NCBI GenBank assembly: GCA_963664405.1 | Contig: OY761158.1 | Location: 1,920,001 to 1,984,000 of the forward strand | Length of the DNA: 64,000 bases | Reading direction: 5' to 3' | From: Thermoanaerobaculia bacterium | GTDB lineage: Bacteria; Acidobacteriota; Thermoanaerobaculia; Multivoradales; Multivoraceae | Shown: positions 1 to 10,151 of the stretch, piece after piece | How the letters are laid out: the number at the start of each line of letters is the position of its first letter | Numbering within the stretch: position 1 is the stretch's first letter | The notes under the pieces: generated by a model | What the model was told of the DNA's origin: nothing | The model's database searches: none | What the model saw: the letters and a program-made list of their open reading frames with translations, nothing else | Made by a program: the position numbers and the translations under genes

Positions 1-775
1 CGAGATCCCGCTCACTCAGAAAGCCACCTTGGCGTTTCATGTAGGCGGCGATGGTGCGAGCGATGTCTCCCTTGTAGAAGGCGTCGCGCCCCCCTTTGGC
101 AATCGCCTCGAGCGTCTTGGCCAGAGCCGGGTTGCGGAAGATCTCTCCCTTCTTCGGAGCCCGCCCACCGGGCATGAAGATCTCGGCGAAACCGTCATAC
201 TTCTGAAGCGATCTGGCGTTCGATGCCCAAGCGTGGGCGATCACCTCGGACACCGGAAAGCCTTCGCTGGCATAGCAGATGGCGGGCGCCAGGTTCTCCT
301 CCATCGACAGCCGACCGAAGCGACCGTGGAGCTCGAACCATCCGTCCACCGCCCCCGGCACCGAGACCGGCAGTGGGCCTTGGGAGGGAATCTTGGTGAG
401 CTTGCGGCGATGAAGCTCCTCCAGGGTCAGATCGAAGGGCGAGCGCCCGCTGGCGTTGAGGCCGTGCAATTTGCCGCTCACGGGGTCCCAGACGATGGCG
501 AAGAGATCTCCGCCGAGGCCGCTGCCGGTGGGCTCCATCAGACCGATGGCCGCATTGGCGGCGATCGCCGCATCGACGGCGCTGCCGCCCTTCTGGAGAA
601 TGTCGACAGCCACCTGCGTCGCCAAGGGCTGGCTGGTTGCCGCCATGCCATGGCGGGCGATCACTTCGGAGCGCGTGGCGAAGCTGCGACCAATGACCCG
701 ATCGGCCGCCAGCGCGGTGGTGGCCAAGGTGAGCATGGTCAAGGAAGTCATGGCTAATCCAAGCGTCTTTCTCAT
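1..775 (-). CDS. ggt: Gamma-glutamyltransferase, N-terminal part (runs off window edge), with signal peptide
   Basis: Manual minus-strand translation from ATG at 775: MRKTLGLAMTSLTMLTLATTALAADRVIGRSFATRSEVIARHGMAATSQPLATQVAVDILQKGGSAVDAAIAANAAIGLMEPTGSGLGGDLFAIVWD, a typical GGT N-terminus. Absent from the ORF track because it is open-ended. Confidence 0.9.
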   Translation of the reverse strand, partial: MRKTLGLAMTSLTMLTLATTALAADRVIGRSFATRSEVIARHGMAATSQPLATQVAVDILQKGGSAVDAAIAANAAIGLMEPTGSGLGGDLFAIVWDPVSGKLHGLNASGRSPFDLTLEELHRRKLTKIPSQGPLPVSVPGAVDGWFELHGRFGRLSMEENLAPAICYASEGFPVSEVIAHAWASNARSLQKYDGFAEIFMPGGRAPKKGEIFRNPALAKTLEAIAKGGRDAFYKGDIARTIAAYMKRQGGFLSERDL

Positions 776-908
776 CGTGACACTACCTCCCACTCGGCAA
801 TTCACAAAGGGACTAAGAGGAGTCTACGATGCCGGCAGCGTGGAAGACGCCCCGAGCGAGCTATGATGCTTCTCACCGAGCACATTTCAACCAACGAAGG
901 AGATCCCA

Positions 909-1122
909 ATGCCGATCACCGGGCTGTACGCGGGCGCTCGCGTGCGCCGCTCCACGGCTTATCCATGGCCTGGGTCTCACTCTGCTCATCGCGCGCATCC
1001 TCCACCCTCTCGGGCTCGAGCCACCTGGCGGCGCCAACCCGGTTCGCGTCGTTGGAGCTCTGGGGACCTGGATCGTCCTCGCCATTGGCGGGCTGAGAGC
1101 GATCCTGAGATTCTTCGGCTGA
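909..1122 (+). pseudogene. MAPEG-family membrane protein remnant (internal deletion plus frameshift)
   Basis: N-terminus MPITGLYAG in one frame joins C-terminus LIHGLGLTLLIARILHPLGL in another. The central RAHGNFAEY-type segment is missing. Confidence 0.65.
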
Positions 1123-1125
1123 CAC

Positions 1126-1968
1126 GTGACCGGTAGCCGCGCGCATCTGATCACCGGTGGCTTTCCGGCTGGGACCAGCGCCGGTCACGATATGGCTTAC
1201 GCCCGCCTCCGGCTTCTCGAGATCCTCTATCAGGACTCTCGATGGTCGACCACGGTAGCGAACGACTTCAGCGACATCGAGCGCTGGCTCGACCGGACCG
1301 ATCTGCTTATCACCTACGTTGCCGGCCCGTACCCGGATGAGACACAGAACGATCAGATCCGCAGCTGGATCGGAGGGGGAGGCCGTTGGCTCGGGCTGCA
1401 CGGGACCAGCGGTGGCAGAGCGGCTCGGATCGAGGGCGATGGGCGACGCCGGACGATGGTCAAGACCGCGCACCACCAGACCCTGGGCTGCTTCTTTCTC
1501 AACCACCCGCCGTTGCGCAGGTTTCGGGTCGAGGTCTGCGACCGGGCCCATCCGCTCACCCGCGGACTCCCTGCCAGCTTCGAGGTCACAGACGAGCTCT
1601 ATCTGGTAGAGCTTCAAGACCCCGCATCGTGCGAGATTCTGTTGACGACCGAGCTGCCCGAAGATCCGTCACCGCCCGGCTTCGGATTCGAGTACGAGCA
1701 AGACACGGCCTTGCAGCCCGACGGCAAGACACGAGTGCTCGGATACACGAGAGCCCTGGGCAATGGTGGTGTGGCGTATATCGCCCTCGGACACTGCCAC
1801 TCTCCGCGCACCAACCTACAACCCCTCGTCGAGGAGAGCGCCGCCGCCGGAGGAGAGGTGCCGCGGCTCTTTCACGGGCCCTGGGAGAACGAGACCTTTG
1901 GGCTTCTGTTACGCAACAGCCTCGAGTGGGGGGCCGGGGCGGACCCAGCGGGAACGGCACTGCCGTAA
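1126..1968 (+). CDS. ThuA-like (trehalose utilisation) domain protein
   Basis: GGRWLGLHG, FLNHPP, HPLTRGLPASFEVTDELY and VAYIALGH motifs. Confidence 0.75.
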   Translation: MTGSRAHLITGGFPAGTSAGHDMAYARLRLLEILYQDSRWSTTVANDFSDIERWLDRTDLLITYVAGPYPDETQNDQIRSWIGGGGRWLGLHGTSGGRAARIEGDGRRRTMVKTAHHQTLGCFFLNHPPLRRFRVEVCDRAHPLTRGLPASFEVTDELYLVELQDPASCEILLTTELPEDPSPPGFGFEYEQDTALQPDGKTRVLGYTRALGNGGVAYIALGHCHSPRTNLQPLVEESAAAGGEVPRLFHGPWENETFGLLLRNSLEWGAGADPAGTALP

Positions 1969-2047
1969 CAGACCGCGAGCGGACCCGAGATGAGATGGGG
2001 TAGAGAGCCTAAGCTGCGTTCACCGACACAAAACGAAAGGGAGAAAG

Positions 2048-2368
2048 ATGTTCTACGAGTTGAGGCAGTACAAGATCTTCGAAGGCAAGATGGACGAGTG
2101 GGTCGAGTTCATGGAAGGCACGATCATCCCCTTCCAAGTCGGGAAGGGAATGGTGATCGCCGGTAGCTTTCGTGGCGAGGAGGACGAGACGGTCTACATC
2201 TGGATCCGAAGATTCGAATCCGAAGAACACAAGGCAGCGCTCTACAAGGCGGTCTATGAGAGCAGTGAGTGGACCCAAAATATCGCGCCGAGGGTCGCCG
2301 AGCTGATGGATCGCCCGGCGATCAACGTCCAGCGCATCGTGCCGACATCGCGCTCGGTCCTCCAGTAG
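2048..2368 (+). CDS. NIPSNAP family protein
   Basis: MFYELRQY start, YIWIRRFESEE, 106 aa, with RBS. Confidence 0.85.
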   Translation: MFYELRQYKIFEGKMDEWVEFMEGTIIPFQVGKGMVIAGSFRGEEDETVYIWIRRFESEEHKAALYKAVYESSEWTQNIAPRVAELMDRPAINVQRIVPTSRSVLQ

Positions 2369-2445
2369 CCGGCCGTCCAGGGCACCCCACCTCGCCGCGA
2401 GCTGATCGCACCTGAGAGCGCGGTCGTCCCTCGGCTCGACGTAGT

Positions 2446-2609
2446 GCCTCCGGAAATGATGGGCTCATTTCCGGAGGCTAGGAGCGTGTCCGAGTATACG
2501 GCCAGAGCCGTCACCCGGAGCGAATAGGAAGCAACGCCTGAGTGCGCCGTCCTCGGCGCCAAAGGGCAACTAGGCGGAGGAAATGATACCGATCATTTCT
2601 GGAGCCTAG
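2446..2609 (-). repeat. Copy of the 128-bp CTAG-punctuated hairpin repeat plus an extra hairpin
   Basis: Reverse complement of the 44960 array unit. CTAG at 2478, 2570 and 2606; GAAATGA/TCATTTC hairpins. Lies between convergent genes. Confidence 0.9.
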
Positions 2610-2630
2610 AAAAAATCGCGCGACGGCACG

Positions 2631-3179
2631 TCACGAGGCTGTTCGTGGAGCCTCGATGTCGATCGACATGATCTGTTGCAGCGGGATGTGACGAGTCTCG
2701 CCGGACATCTCGAAGTGAACCGTCGTTTCGTCTCCACTGACGAACTTTCCCTCGAGTACATCCCCGTTCAATAGACGGATCACATCGACAAGAGGTTGCT
2801 CGAGCGGCGACTCCACTACCAGGTAGGAGCCGGAAGCCTGCTCGTATCGGTAGTAGGTTCCGTAGTAGTAGCAATAGGTGCTTCCGCCGACGAATACGGG
2901 GGTTTGACCGTGAGGTAGCACTCCGACCCTTGCACCGGGCGGCGCCGGGACGACGTCGAAGCCGGACTCTCCCGCGCGATAAAAGACTCCCGCGTGAAAG
3001 TAGTAGGCAACGCCTCCCACGACCAAGGGCTGGTGGCCCGCCGGTAGGTCGGCGACCGAGACCGCTGCCGGGTAGCTTGCCGGCTCGGTCTGATCCGAGC
3101 GCTCGTCATGAGCCTGGGCAGAGGTATTGAAAACAACGCTAGACAGAATGACAACGGCAATACTGAACTTGATAGTCAT
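2631..3179 (-). CDS. Exported protein with DUF6515-like repeats
   Basis: Signal peptide MTIKFSIAVVILSS..AQA and two LPxG..V.VGG.xYY..GxxY repeats. Confidence 0.6.
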   Translation of the reverse strand: MTIKFSIAVVILSSVVFNTSAQAHDERSDQTEPASYPAAVSVADLPAGHQPLVVGGVAYYFHAGVFYRAGESGFDVVPAPPGARVGVLPHGQTPVFVGGSTYCYYYGTYYRYEQASGSYLVVESPLEQPLVDVIRLLNGDVLEGKFVSGDETTVHFEMSGETRHIPLQQIMSIDIEAPRTAS

Positions 3180-3292
3180 GTTGATCTCCTTTGGCTCGGG
3201 CCGCATGGCCCGTTATGCCACCCATTCTCGCGGGCCCCCCGCCTAGAGTCATCAAGGAGACGCAAAGAGACTGTTCAGGATGTAAAACCGTT

Positions 3293-4330
3293 CTAGAAGA
3301 TCGCAAGCGGGTTCAGCGGCGAGCCCGTTCCACCCTGGACCCGCAACGGGCTGCCGACAAAGAGGAACTCCCATCGATCTCTCTCCCGCGCCGCGGCAGC
3401 GACTGCATCGAGATCGAGGTTGTCCAAGATGCGCATACCGAGCCCGACCAGAACGAGCTCGTGGAGTGGGTTTGCCAACCCTTCGACCCCCGAGGGCATC
3501 ACATCGCTGACTCCGTCGCTGCCGATCACAGCTACATCCCGCGCCTTCAGCCACTTGGCGATCGAGGCATGTGACCCCGCCGCCTTCTCGAGGAAGTTCC
3601 ACTGGCCTTTCTCCCGGACTCGCTGCCAGCGCCCCGTCCTGATGAGAAGAACGTCGCCGCTGGTGACCCGAACTCCGGTCTTCTTCTCCCAAGCCTCCAG
3701 GTCTGCGATCGTGATCGCGGTACCAGGCTCCAGAGAATCGACACCTTTGAACCAGGGCATGTCGACCAGCACTCCTCGAGTGACGATGCCGTCGCGGACA
3801 TTGTGAATGCCGAGCTGCTCGGCGCCGCCTTCCTTCAACTGATCGACCGAGACGCCGTTGTACATCTTGCCGTTGTGGGCAAAGTGCGCCAGACCGTCGA
3901 GATGGGAATGGGCGAAGCCGTGGTACTGAATGCTGTATCTGTCTCCGGCAACTTCGTGGCCGCTGAAGGTCGAGACCTCCAAGGTGTGCTCGAAGGGAAA
4001 CTGATTGAGCTCGTCGCCCTTCTTGTTCAAGTCAAGCGCCATCGACACCGACACACCGTCACGCACTAGCCGCGCCGCCGCCTTTCGCTTTTCGTCAGTA
4101 ATCAGGTTGAGCGTACCGAGCTCGTCGTCCGCGCCCCAACGTCCCCAGTTCGAGATCTCGGTCATCCAACGGTCGAACTCCGCCTTGCTGACCGGCGCCG
4201 GCTCCGCAGCGGCTGCACCCGACGTGAGCGAAAGAGAGAGGAGCACCAGACCCAGGAGCCAGGTCGTCTGCCAGCTCGAGTGAAAGAGTCTCCGCCCTGC
4301 CCGCTCTGTGTGCCTATCGCTGCTCTTCAT
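3293..4330 (-). CDS. Cyclase family (kynurenine formamidase-like) metal-dependent hydrolase, exported
   Basis: NWGRWGADDELGTLN, HSHLDGLAH, GDVLLIRTG and GGTGSPLNPLAIF motifs. Confidence 0.85.
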   Translation of the reverse strand: MKSSDRHTERAGRRLFHSSWQTTWLLGLVLLSLSLTSGAAAAEPAPVSKAEFDRWMTEISNWGRWGADDELGTLNLITDEKRKAAARLVRDGVSVSMALDLNKKGDELNQFPFEHTLEVSTFSGHEVAGDRYSIQYHGFAHSHLDGLAHFAHNGKMYNGVSVDQLKEGGAEQLGIHNVRDGIVTRGVLVDMPWFKGVDSLEPGTAITIADLEAWEKKTGVRVTSGDVLLIRTGRWQRVREKGQWNFLEKAAGSHASIAKWLKARDVAVIGSDGVSDVMPSGVEGLANPLHELVLVGLGMRILDNLDLDAVAAAARERDRWEFLFVGSPLRVQGGTGSPLNPLAIF

Positions 4331-4434
4331 TCGTGGTACTCCAGTCAGTTGCGCGGACGGGTGATCTGCGGCGTGCCGTTCTGTCTGTCTCGCGGGGGTC
4401 GTCACGCCAATAGTGACACGGCGTGAGCGCCACG

Positions 4435-6441
4435 TCACGGCGCTAGGGCCGCCATGACCGGCAGCTCCACGTACGAAGCTCGCTCCCCTCCTCGCAGCAC
4501 CCGGATCGTGGGCGCATCCTCGCCCTCTGGATCGGGGTGGAAAGCAAAGTTCGCCGAGTCGGCTCCAGTCAGCGTGACCCGAATACGGTGGCCGGCGTCG
4601 ATCACGATCGCCGTACCCATCAGATCGAAGCTGAGCTCGGTCGGCTCGCCGGGCACCATCGCTGCCAAATCCTCGGGGAAGGAGCGGTGGTAGGGCAAGC
4701 CAAAATTGTCGAAGGGCGCTTCGCTTGTCTTACGATGCGACGCCCGCAGTGCTCCCTCCGACACGTAGTGGGATCGGCCCTCGAGGTCGATCTCTTCGAC
4801 ATAGACAAAAAAGTCGCCGTCGGAGTGTGTCGAGGTCACCCATAGGTGCGCCGTCGGATAGCCGCTGAGGGTGAGCTCCTCGGTCATCGGCTCGGTGGTG
4901 TAGGTCAAGGCCTTCTCGTTCTCGCTGGTGCGCTCGTCGAAGTAGGTCGAGCCGGGCGGAGACTCTCGGCGGGCGCCGTGTCCATTCATCCAGCGCGAGA
5001 ATGATCCCATGCGCGATGAATAGTCGACGGAGTAGGCGTCCGCCCCGGCATCGCCGGGACTACCCGCCATCTGCAGGAGCCCGTCATTCACAGAGCCAAC
5101 GGTCCTCGAGGTCCCGCCGCCAAGCCAGAATCTCCGCATCTGCGCGGCGGGCGGCCAAGCTGAAGCCGCGATCCACGCTTCCCCGTCCTCAGCTCCGGCC
5201 TCGTCCAGCGTCGGCATCACCTCCACTGCGTCCTCTCCCCCGCCCACAGCGGCCGCCTCGCTCGTCGAGGAGCTCGCCGGCACGGTGTGATTTCCCTTCA
5301 TCAAGTAGTAGTGGATGGGCTCTTCCTCCATCACGCCGTTGTCGATCTCCTTCAGCCAGTAGTCGTACCAGCGCAGGATCTCCGCGCGATGCACCTTGCC
5401 CCCATACCCGCCCGAGTGCGTCCATGGGCCGATCATCATCTTTTGAGGCGACGCGCCCTCGAGGGCGGCGTACATCCACGGTTGCTGCGTCGTATAGATG
5501 TCGTACCAGCCCACCAGGTGATAGATGCCGATACCGGACTCGGCAATCGCATCGGCGTCGTCAAGGGTCGCAATCACATCCCACGACCAGTGGCCGCCGT
5601 TATCGAGATCGACCGCGAAGTCGCGGAAGCTCGAGTCGAGCTTGACCAGGTCCTGCACCCACAGATTCTCGGCGTGTTCGGCGATTGCATCATCCCGCGA
5701 CACCCCCTCGACATCGGTATCGACACGAGCGGGGACCCCGGCCTGCCCCAGGTCCTGGGCCTTGGTCCCCTCTCCCCACACCTCTACGAATTGCTTTTTG
5801 TACGTGCCACCGCGAAATGGAAAATCGTAGGCCGACGGCCCCGCCATCTCGGCGAAGATCGCCTTCAACGCCGGAGGTGCTTGGGTCGCCGCCTGGTACT
5901 GGGTCATTCCAGGGTAGGACCGTCCCGACATGCCGACCTTGCCGTTCGACCACCGCTGCGACGCGAGCCATTCGATGATCGCACTCGAATCCGCGGTCTC
6001 CTCCACCGAGAAGGCGCCGTTGTGCACCCCGTAGGACGCCCCGGTTCCTCGAGCGTCAGCAACCGCCACGGCGTAGCCGTGCTTCAGGAGATGCTGCAGC
6101 ACCAGGTCACGGTCTCGCCCCCGCACCTGGCCCTTCTCCTCGACGGCACGGATGTAGCGGGTGTAATGGAGCACTACCGGCACTGGGGCCTCCGCCTCGA
6201 CGCCGTCGCGAGTGGGCAGGAAGACGTCAACGGCGAGCCGGGTGCCGTCCTTCGCCGGAATGTACTGCGAGTACCGATTCCAACCATCGAAGGTTGCGGC
6301 GGAGGGGTTAGTGTAGGTGCCGAACTCAGACACCACCTCAGGCGGTGCCGAGGCGGGGTCGCTAGCGGGCGCACACGCCAGAAAGGCGAGTCCTCCGACC
6401 AAAAGAGCCCAACCTGAAAATCGATCACTGATCCTGCTCAT
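4435..6441 (-). CDS. CocE/NonD family serine hydrolase, probable lipoprotein
   Basis: DGTRLAVDVFLP, DARGTGAS, GMSGRSYPG nucleophile motif, GWYD, GPWTH; lipobox FLAC. Confidence 0.9.
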   Translation of the reverse strand: MSRISDRFSGWALLVGGLAFLACAPASDPASAPPEVVSEFGTYTNPSAATFDGWNRYSQYIPAKDGTRLAVDVFLPTRDGVEAEAPVPVVLHYTRYIRAVEEKGQVRGRDRDLVLQHLLKHGYAVAVADARGTGASYGVHNGAFSVEETADSSAIIEWLASQRWSNGKVGMSGRSYPGMTQYQAATQAPPALKAIFAEMAGPSAYDFPFRGGTYKKQFVEVWGEGTKAQDLGQAGVPARVDTDVEGVSRDDAIAEHAENLWVQDLVKLDSSFRDFAVDLDNGGHWSWDVIATLDDADAIAESGIGIYHLVGWYDIYTTQQPWMYAALEGASPQKMMIGPWTHSGGYGGKVHRAEILRWYDYWLKEIDNGVMEEEPIHYYLMKGNHTVPASSSTSEAAAVGGGEDAVEVMPTLDEAGAEDGEAWIAASAWPPAAQMRRFWLGGGTSRTVGSVNDGLLQMAGSPGDAGADAYSVDYSSRMGSFSRWMNGHGARRESPPGSTYFDERTSENEKALTYTTEPMTEELTLSGYPTAHLWVTSTHSDGDFFVYVEEIDLEGRSHYVSEGALRASHRKTSEAPFDNFGLPYHRSFPEDLAAMVPGEPTELSFDLMGTAIVIDAGHRIRVTLTGADSANFAFHPDPEGEDAPTIRVLRGGERASYVELPVMAALAP

Positions 6442-6531
6442 ACGAGTACCCTCCTCATCGCCTCCGAACCAGAAACATCGACACCGGGCGAGGGCTCTGA
6501 TCGCGGAGTGCGTCTAAGATCACACTACATT

Positions 6532-7524
6532 ATGCGCCAACGTGTAATCCCGTGCGTTCTGGCGCTGGCCGTCGTGATCTTGCTGCCGACGTGGCTTTGC
6601 GCTGACAGTTCGACCTCCCGCTCCGGAAGACTGGACGGGGTTTACGAGCCGTCTGGCGTCGCTCAGCTCAGCGACGGCTCGCTTATCGTTGTCGAAGACG
6701 AGCCTACCCGCCCGTTCTGGCGACTGAGCCCCGAGGCTGAGACCGCCGGCTTCGAGACCGAGCTCCTCAAGCCGGGATCGCCGCAGGTGGCCCTCTCAGC
6801 CCAGATCAATGACCTCGAAGGTATCACTGCCGCCGACGCCGGATCTCTCTATGCGATCACTTCTCACTCGCGCCAGAAGGACGGCAAGAGAGATCCGGCG
6901 AGGGAGAAGCTGGTACGGCTCGAGGTGAAGGGTGACCGAATAGAGCGTCTGAGCACGCGAGTCGATCTCCGTGACAGCCTGGTTCGAGCCTTTCCCAGGC
7001 TCGAGAGGTCGATGGAGGAGAGAAAGGTCAAGCGCAAGGGAGGTTTCAATATCGAGGGACTCGCCTTCGATCCGCCGCGAGGGAGTCTGTGGATCGGCTT
7101 CCGGGCTCCCCTCTTCGATAACGACGCCCTGCTGATCGAAGTGACCAATCCGCAGGGCGCCTTCGAAGACGAAGAAGAGTTCGACTTCGCCGACGACCCG
7201 GTGCTTCTCGATCTCGACGGCGGCGGCATCCGCGACATTGCCTTTTCATCCCGCCTCGAGGGCTATCTGATTCTCAGCCAACGCGAGGGAAAGAAAGAGA
7301 AGCACTTCAAACTCTGGCTCTGGGACGGCGCCCCCTTCTCTTCACCGAGGAGAGTACGCATCGAAGGAGTCGACCACTTCGACCGGGCTGAAGGAATAAC
7401 CCCGGTGAACCTCGACGGAGAGGAGAGGCTCCTACTGGTCAAAGACGACGGCAACCCGGGACAGCAAGAAGGAGCCACGTACCTTCTCATCGACTTCGCT
7501 GATCTCCGAATCAAGAGAGAGTAG
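6532..7524 (+). CDS. DUF3616-like exported beta-propeller protein
   Basis: EPSGV, DLEGI, ITSHS, GFNIEGLA, IGFRAP and GGIRDI motifs; signal peptide. Confidence 0.7.
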   Translation: MRQRVIPCVLALAVVILLPTWLCADSSTSRSGRLDGVYEPSGVAQLSDGSLIVVEDEPTRPFWRLSPEAETAGFETELLKPGSPQVALSAQINDLEGITAADAGSLYAITSHSRQKDGKRDPAREKLVRLEVKGDRIERLSTRVDLRDSLVRAFPRLERSMEERKVKRKGGFNIEGLAFDPPRGSLWIGFRAPLFDNDALLIEVTNPQGAFEDEEEFDFADDPVLLDLDGGGIRDIAFSSRLEGYLILSQREGKKEKHFKLWLWDGAPFSSPRRVRIEGVDHFDRAEGITPVNLDGEERLLLVKDDGNPGQQEGATYLLIDFADLRIKRE

Positions 7525-7636
7525 CGAGCCGCAACGAAGGCTGGCTGCCCCTCCGGGCCCGTCCGCCCATGTTACGGTGCGATCGTCACCGCAAACCGGA
7601 AAAAGACGCACTAGCCTCGGAAGGACCACCGACCCA

Positions 7637-9967
7637 GTGACGTTCGAGATCGGCTTCCTCTTCGCACTGCTCATCGGGATGGTCTACCTGTTCCTGACCG
7701 AAAAGCTGCCAGTTGATCTCACCGCGTTTCTAGGCCTCGTTGTACTCATCTTCGGTGGCTATCTGACGGCCTCGGAGGCCTTCACAGGCTTCTCGTCTCC
7801 AGCCGTCATCACCATGCTCTCGGTCTTTATCATCGGCGCGGCACTCCTCGAGACCGGCGTTGCAGACGCGATCGGCGGGCGCATCCACCGAATCGTCGGT
7901 GACGGCGAGGTCCGACTGATCGTGGTGCTGATGTTGGTCTGCGGCACGCTGTCGGCGTTCATGAACAATATCGCCGCCACCGCGGTGCTGATGCCCGCGG
8001 TCGCCACCATCGCGCGACGCTCCGGGCTGGCGCCGTCGAGACTCTTCATGCCGATGGCCTTCGGCGCCATTCTCGGCGGCACAACCACCCTGGTGGGCAC
8101 GCCACCGAACATCGTAGCGGCCCAGGTGATGGCCGAGCGCGGGCTGGAGCCCTTCACTCTCTTCGACTACACCCCGATCGGCGTGGCTCTGCTCGCGGTC
8201 GGCTGCGTATTCGTCGCCACTATCGGCCGCAAGCTCCTCCCCGTACGCGAGACCCGAGGGCCGGCAGGGACCAAGGCAAGCGATCTGACGCAGGTGTATC
8301 AGCTCGACGAGCGCTTGTTCTCGATTCGCATCCCTCCACAGTCGCCGCTCGACGGGCTCACTCTGTCGGAGACCCGACTCGGCAACACCCTGGGCATCAA
8401 AGCGCTGGCAATCGTGCGCGAAGGCAACGAGCGCCTGGCTCCCGAGGGAGATGCGGTGCTGCGTCAAGGCGACGTGCTCTTTGTCGACGGCTCCGCGGCG
8501 GACCTGGAGGAGCTCTTGCGTCTGCAGAGTCTCGAGGTCGAAGAGGCCGAGCTCAGCGACCTACCGACCCCCGCGGCCGGCGTGACCGGCATGCGAGTCG
8601 AGATCGGATCGGCATCGGCATTGACCGGGCACTCGTTGCGCGATCTGCGTTTCCGTGAGCGCTTCGGTCTGGTGGTGATCGGGATCCGGCACAACGGGCT
8701 CCTGCAGCGCGCCAATCTTGCCAGACATGAGTTTGCCGAGGGCGACGAGATCTTCGCCTTGGCAACCGAGGAGAACGCCGAGAAACTGCACGCGGACCCT
8801 GACTTCGACATCTGCGAGCTGGGGCTGAGCGCGATCCGTGAGCTGAGCGATCAGATTTTCCTGATTCGGATCCCCGACGGCTCGAGTCTGGTTGGTGCGA
8901 CTATGAGCACCAGTCGCCTCGGCAACTTGGTCGGCTTGACCGTGGCCGGGCTTGTACGCGGTGAAGAGACCCGGCTCGCGGTCGACCCCGACGAGGTGCT
9001 TGAGGCGGGCGACCGGCTGATCGTCAATGCGGAGCCTTCGCGAATCCTGACACTGGTGGAGCTTGGCGACGTCCAGATGCAGCGGGAGGTTAGCGCCTCG
9101 CTCGAGTCGCCAGACGTGGGCATGGCCGAGGTCGCGGTGGCACCTCGCTCGAGCCTGGTCGGGAAGACCATGAAGAAGTTGGACTTCCGCGATCGCTACG
9201 GCCTTTTGGTGCTGGCCCTGTGGCGGCAAGGGAAAGCGCTTCATGTCGACTTCAGCGACATGCCCCTGAATTTCGGCGACGCCATCCTCCTGCACGGGTC
9301 TCGCGACAAGATCCGAAAACTGTCGGCCGATCCCGACTTCGTCGTCTTCTCGGCCGATGATCAGGTTCCGCGGAGCACCCGCAAGGCCCCTCACGCCTTT
9401 GCCGGCCTGCTGTTGATGATCGGGCTTGTGGTCACCGGCTTTCAGCCGATTCATGTCGCCGCCTTCACTGCAGCCTCGGTGGTGCTGTTGATGGGGGCCC
9501 TGAGCATGCAGCAGGCCTATCGGGCGATCGAGTGGCGGGCCATTTTTCTTGTTGCGGCGGTGTTACCGGTAGGCATGGCGATGGAGCGCACCGGCGCGGC
9601 GCTTCTGCTCGCCGACAGCGTGACGGCGATCGCCGGCGACGCCGGCAACCACGCGATTCTGGCCGCCCTTGTGATCCTGGCAAGTCTGCTGAGCCAGGGC
9701 CTCGACGGCGCACCCGCGGTCGTACTGCTCGCGCCGGTTGTGATGAGCACCGCCGAGGGCCTCGGCATCAGCCCACGCCCCCTGATGATGGGTGTCAGCC
9801 TGGCCGCCTCCGCCGCCTTCATGACCCCTTTCAGTCACAAAGCCAACCTGCTGGTGATGGGTGCCGGCGGCTACCGCGTCAGTGACTATCTGAAGATGGG
9901 AACGCCGCTCACCGTCGTGGTGATTGGGATGCTTGTGGTCCTCGTTCCAGTGTTCTTTCCTTTCTGA
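7637..9967 (+). CDS. SLC13 family permease with multiple TrkA-C (RCK-C) domains
   Basis: SAFMNNIA, GGTTTLVGTPPN and SAAFMTPFSHKANLLV motifs; repeated TrkA-C-like segments. Confidence 0.9.
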   Translation: MTFEIGFLFALLIGMVYLFLTEKLPVDLTAFLGLVVLIFGGYLTASEAFTGFSSPAVITMLSVFIIGAALLETGVADAIGGRIHRIVGDGEVRLIVVLMLVCGTLSAFMNNIAATAVLMPAVATIARRSGLAPSRLFMPMAFGAILGGTTTLVGTPPNIVAAQVMAERGLEPFTLFDYTPIGVALLAVGCVFVATIGRKLLPVRETRGPAGTKASDLTQVYQLDERLFSIRIPPQSPLDGLTLSETRLGNTLGIKALAIVREGNERLAPEGDAVLRQGDVLFVDGSAADLEELLRLQSLEVEEAELSDLPTPAAGVTGMRVEIGSASALTGHSLRDLRFRERFGLVVIGIRHNGLLQRANLARHEFAEGDEIFALATEENAEKLHADPDFDICELGLSAIRELSDQIFLIRIPDGSSLVGATMSTSRLGNLVGLTVAGLVRGEETRLAVDPDEVLEAGDRLIVNAEPSRILTLVELGDVQMQREVSASLESPDVGMAEVAVAPRSSLVGKTMKKLDFRDRYGLLVLALWRQGKALHVDFSDMPLNFGDAILLHGSRDKIRKLSADPDFVVFSADDQVPRSTRKAPHAFAGLLLMIGLVVTGFQPIHVAAFTAASVVLLMGALSMQQAYRAIEWRAIFLVAAVLPVGMAMERTGAALLLADSVTAIAGDAGNHAILAALVILASLLSQGLDGAPAVVLLAPVVMSTAEGLGISPRPLMMGVSLAASAAFMTPFSHKANLLVMGAGGYRVSDYLKMGTPLTVVVIGMLVVLVPVFFPF

Positions 9968-9993
9968 GAGAAACATCAGCCCGCGGCCCCTAG

Positions 9994-10151
9994 ACCAGCG
10001 TTTCCAAAGTTCGCGCACATATCTCGGCCCCTTCTGCCCGCTGGCTGCGTTTCGCCTCCTCGACATATTGCCCAATATGCCTGCGTCGGCGCGCCTTGCC
10101 AGCGAACAGAATGAGCTCGAGCTATGCAGCACGAACTCTGGAAGCGCTGGT
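9994..10151. mobile_element. ~158-bp MITE flanked by CTAG on both sides
   Basis: Ends ACCAGCGTTTCCAAAGT / ACTCTGGAAGCGCTGGT; CTAG at 9990 and 10152; homologous inverted copy at 38309-38467. Confidence 0.85.

Noticed and set aside
29-757. 242-aa plus-strand ORF and the many other long overlapping ORFs in the track
   Set aside because: They are antisense or alternate-frame shadows of recognisable genes, as expected in high-GC DNA.
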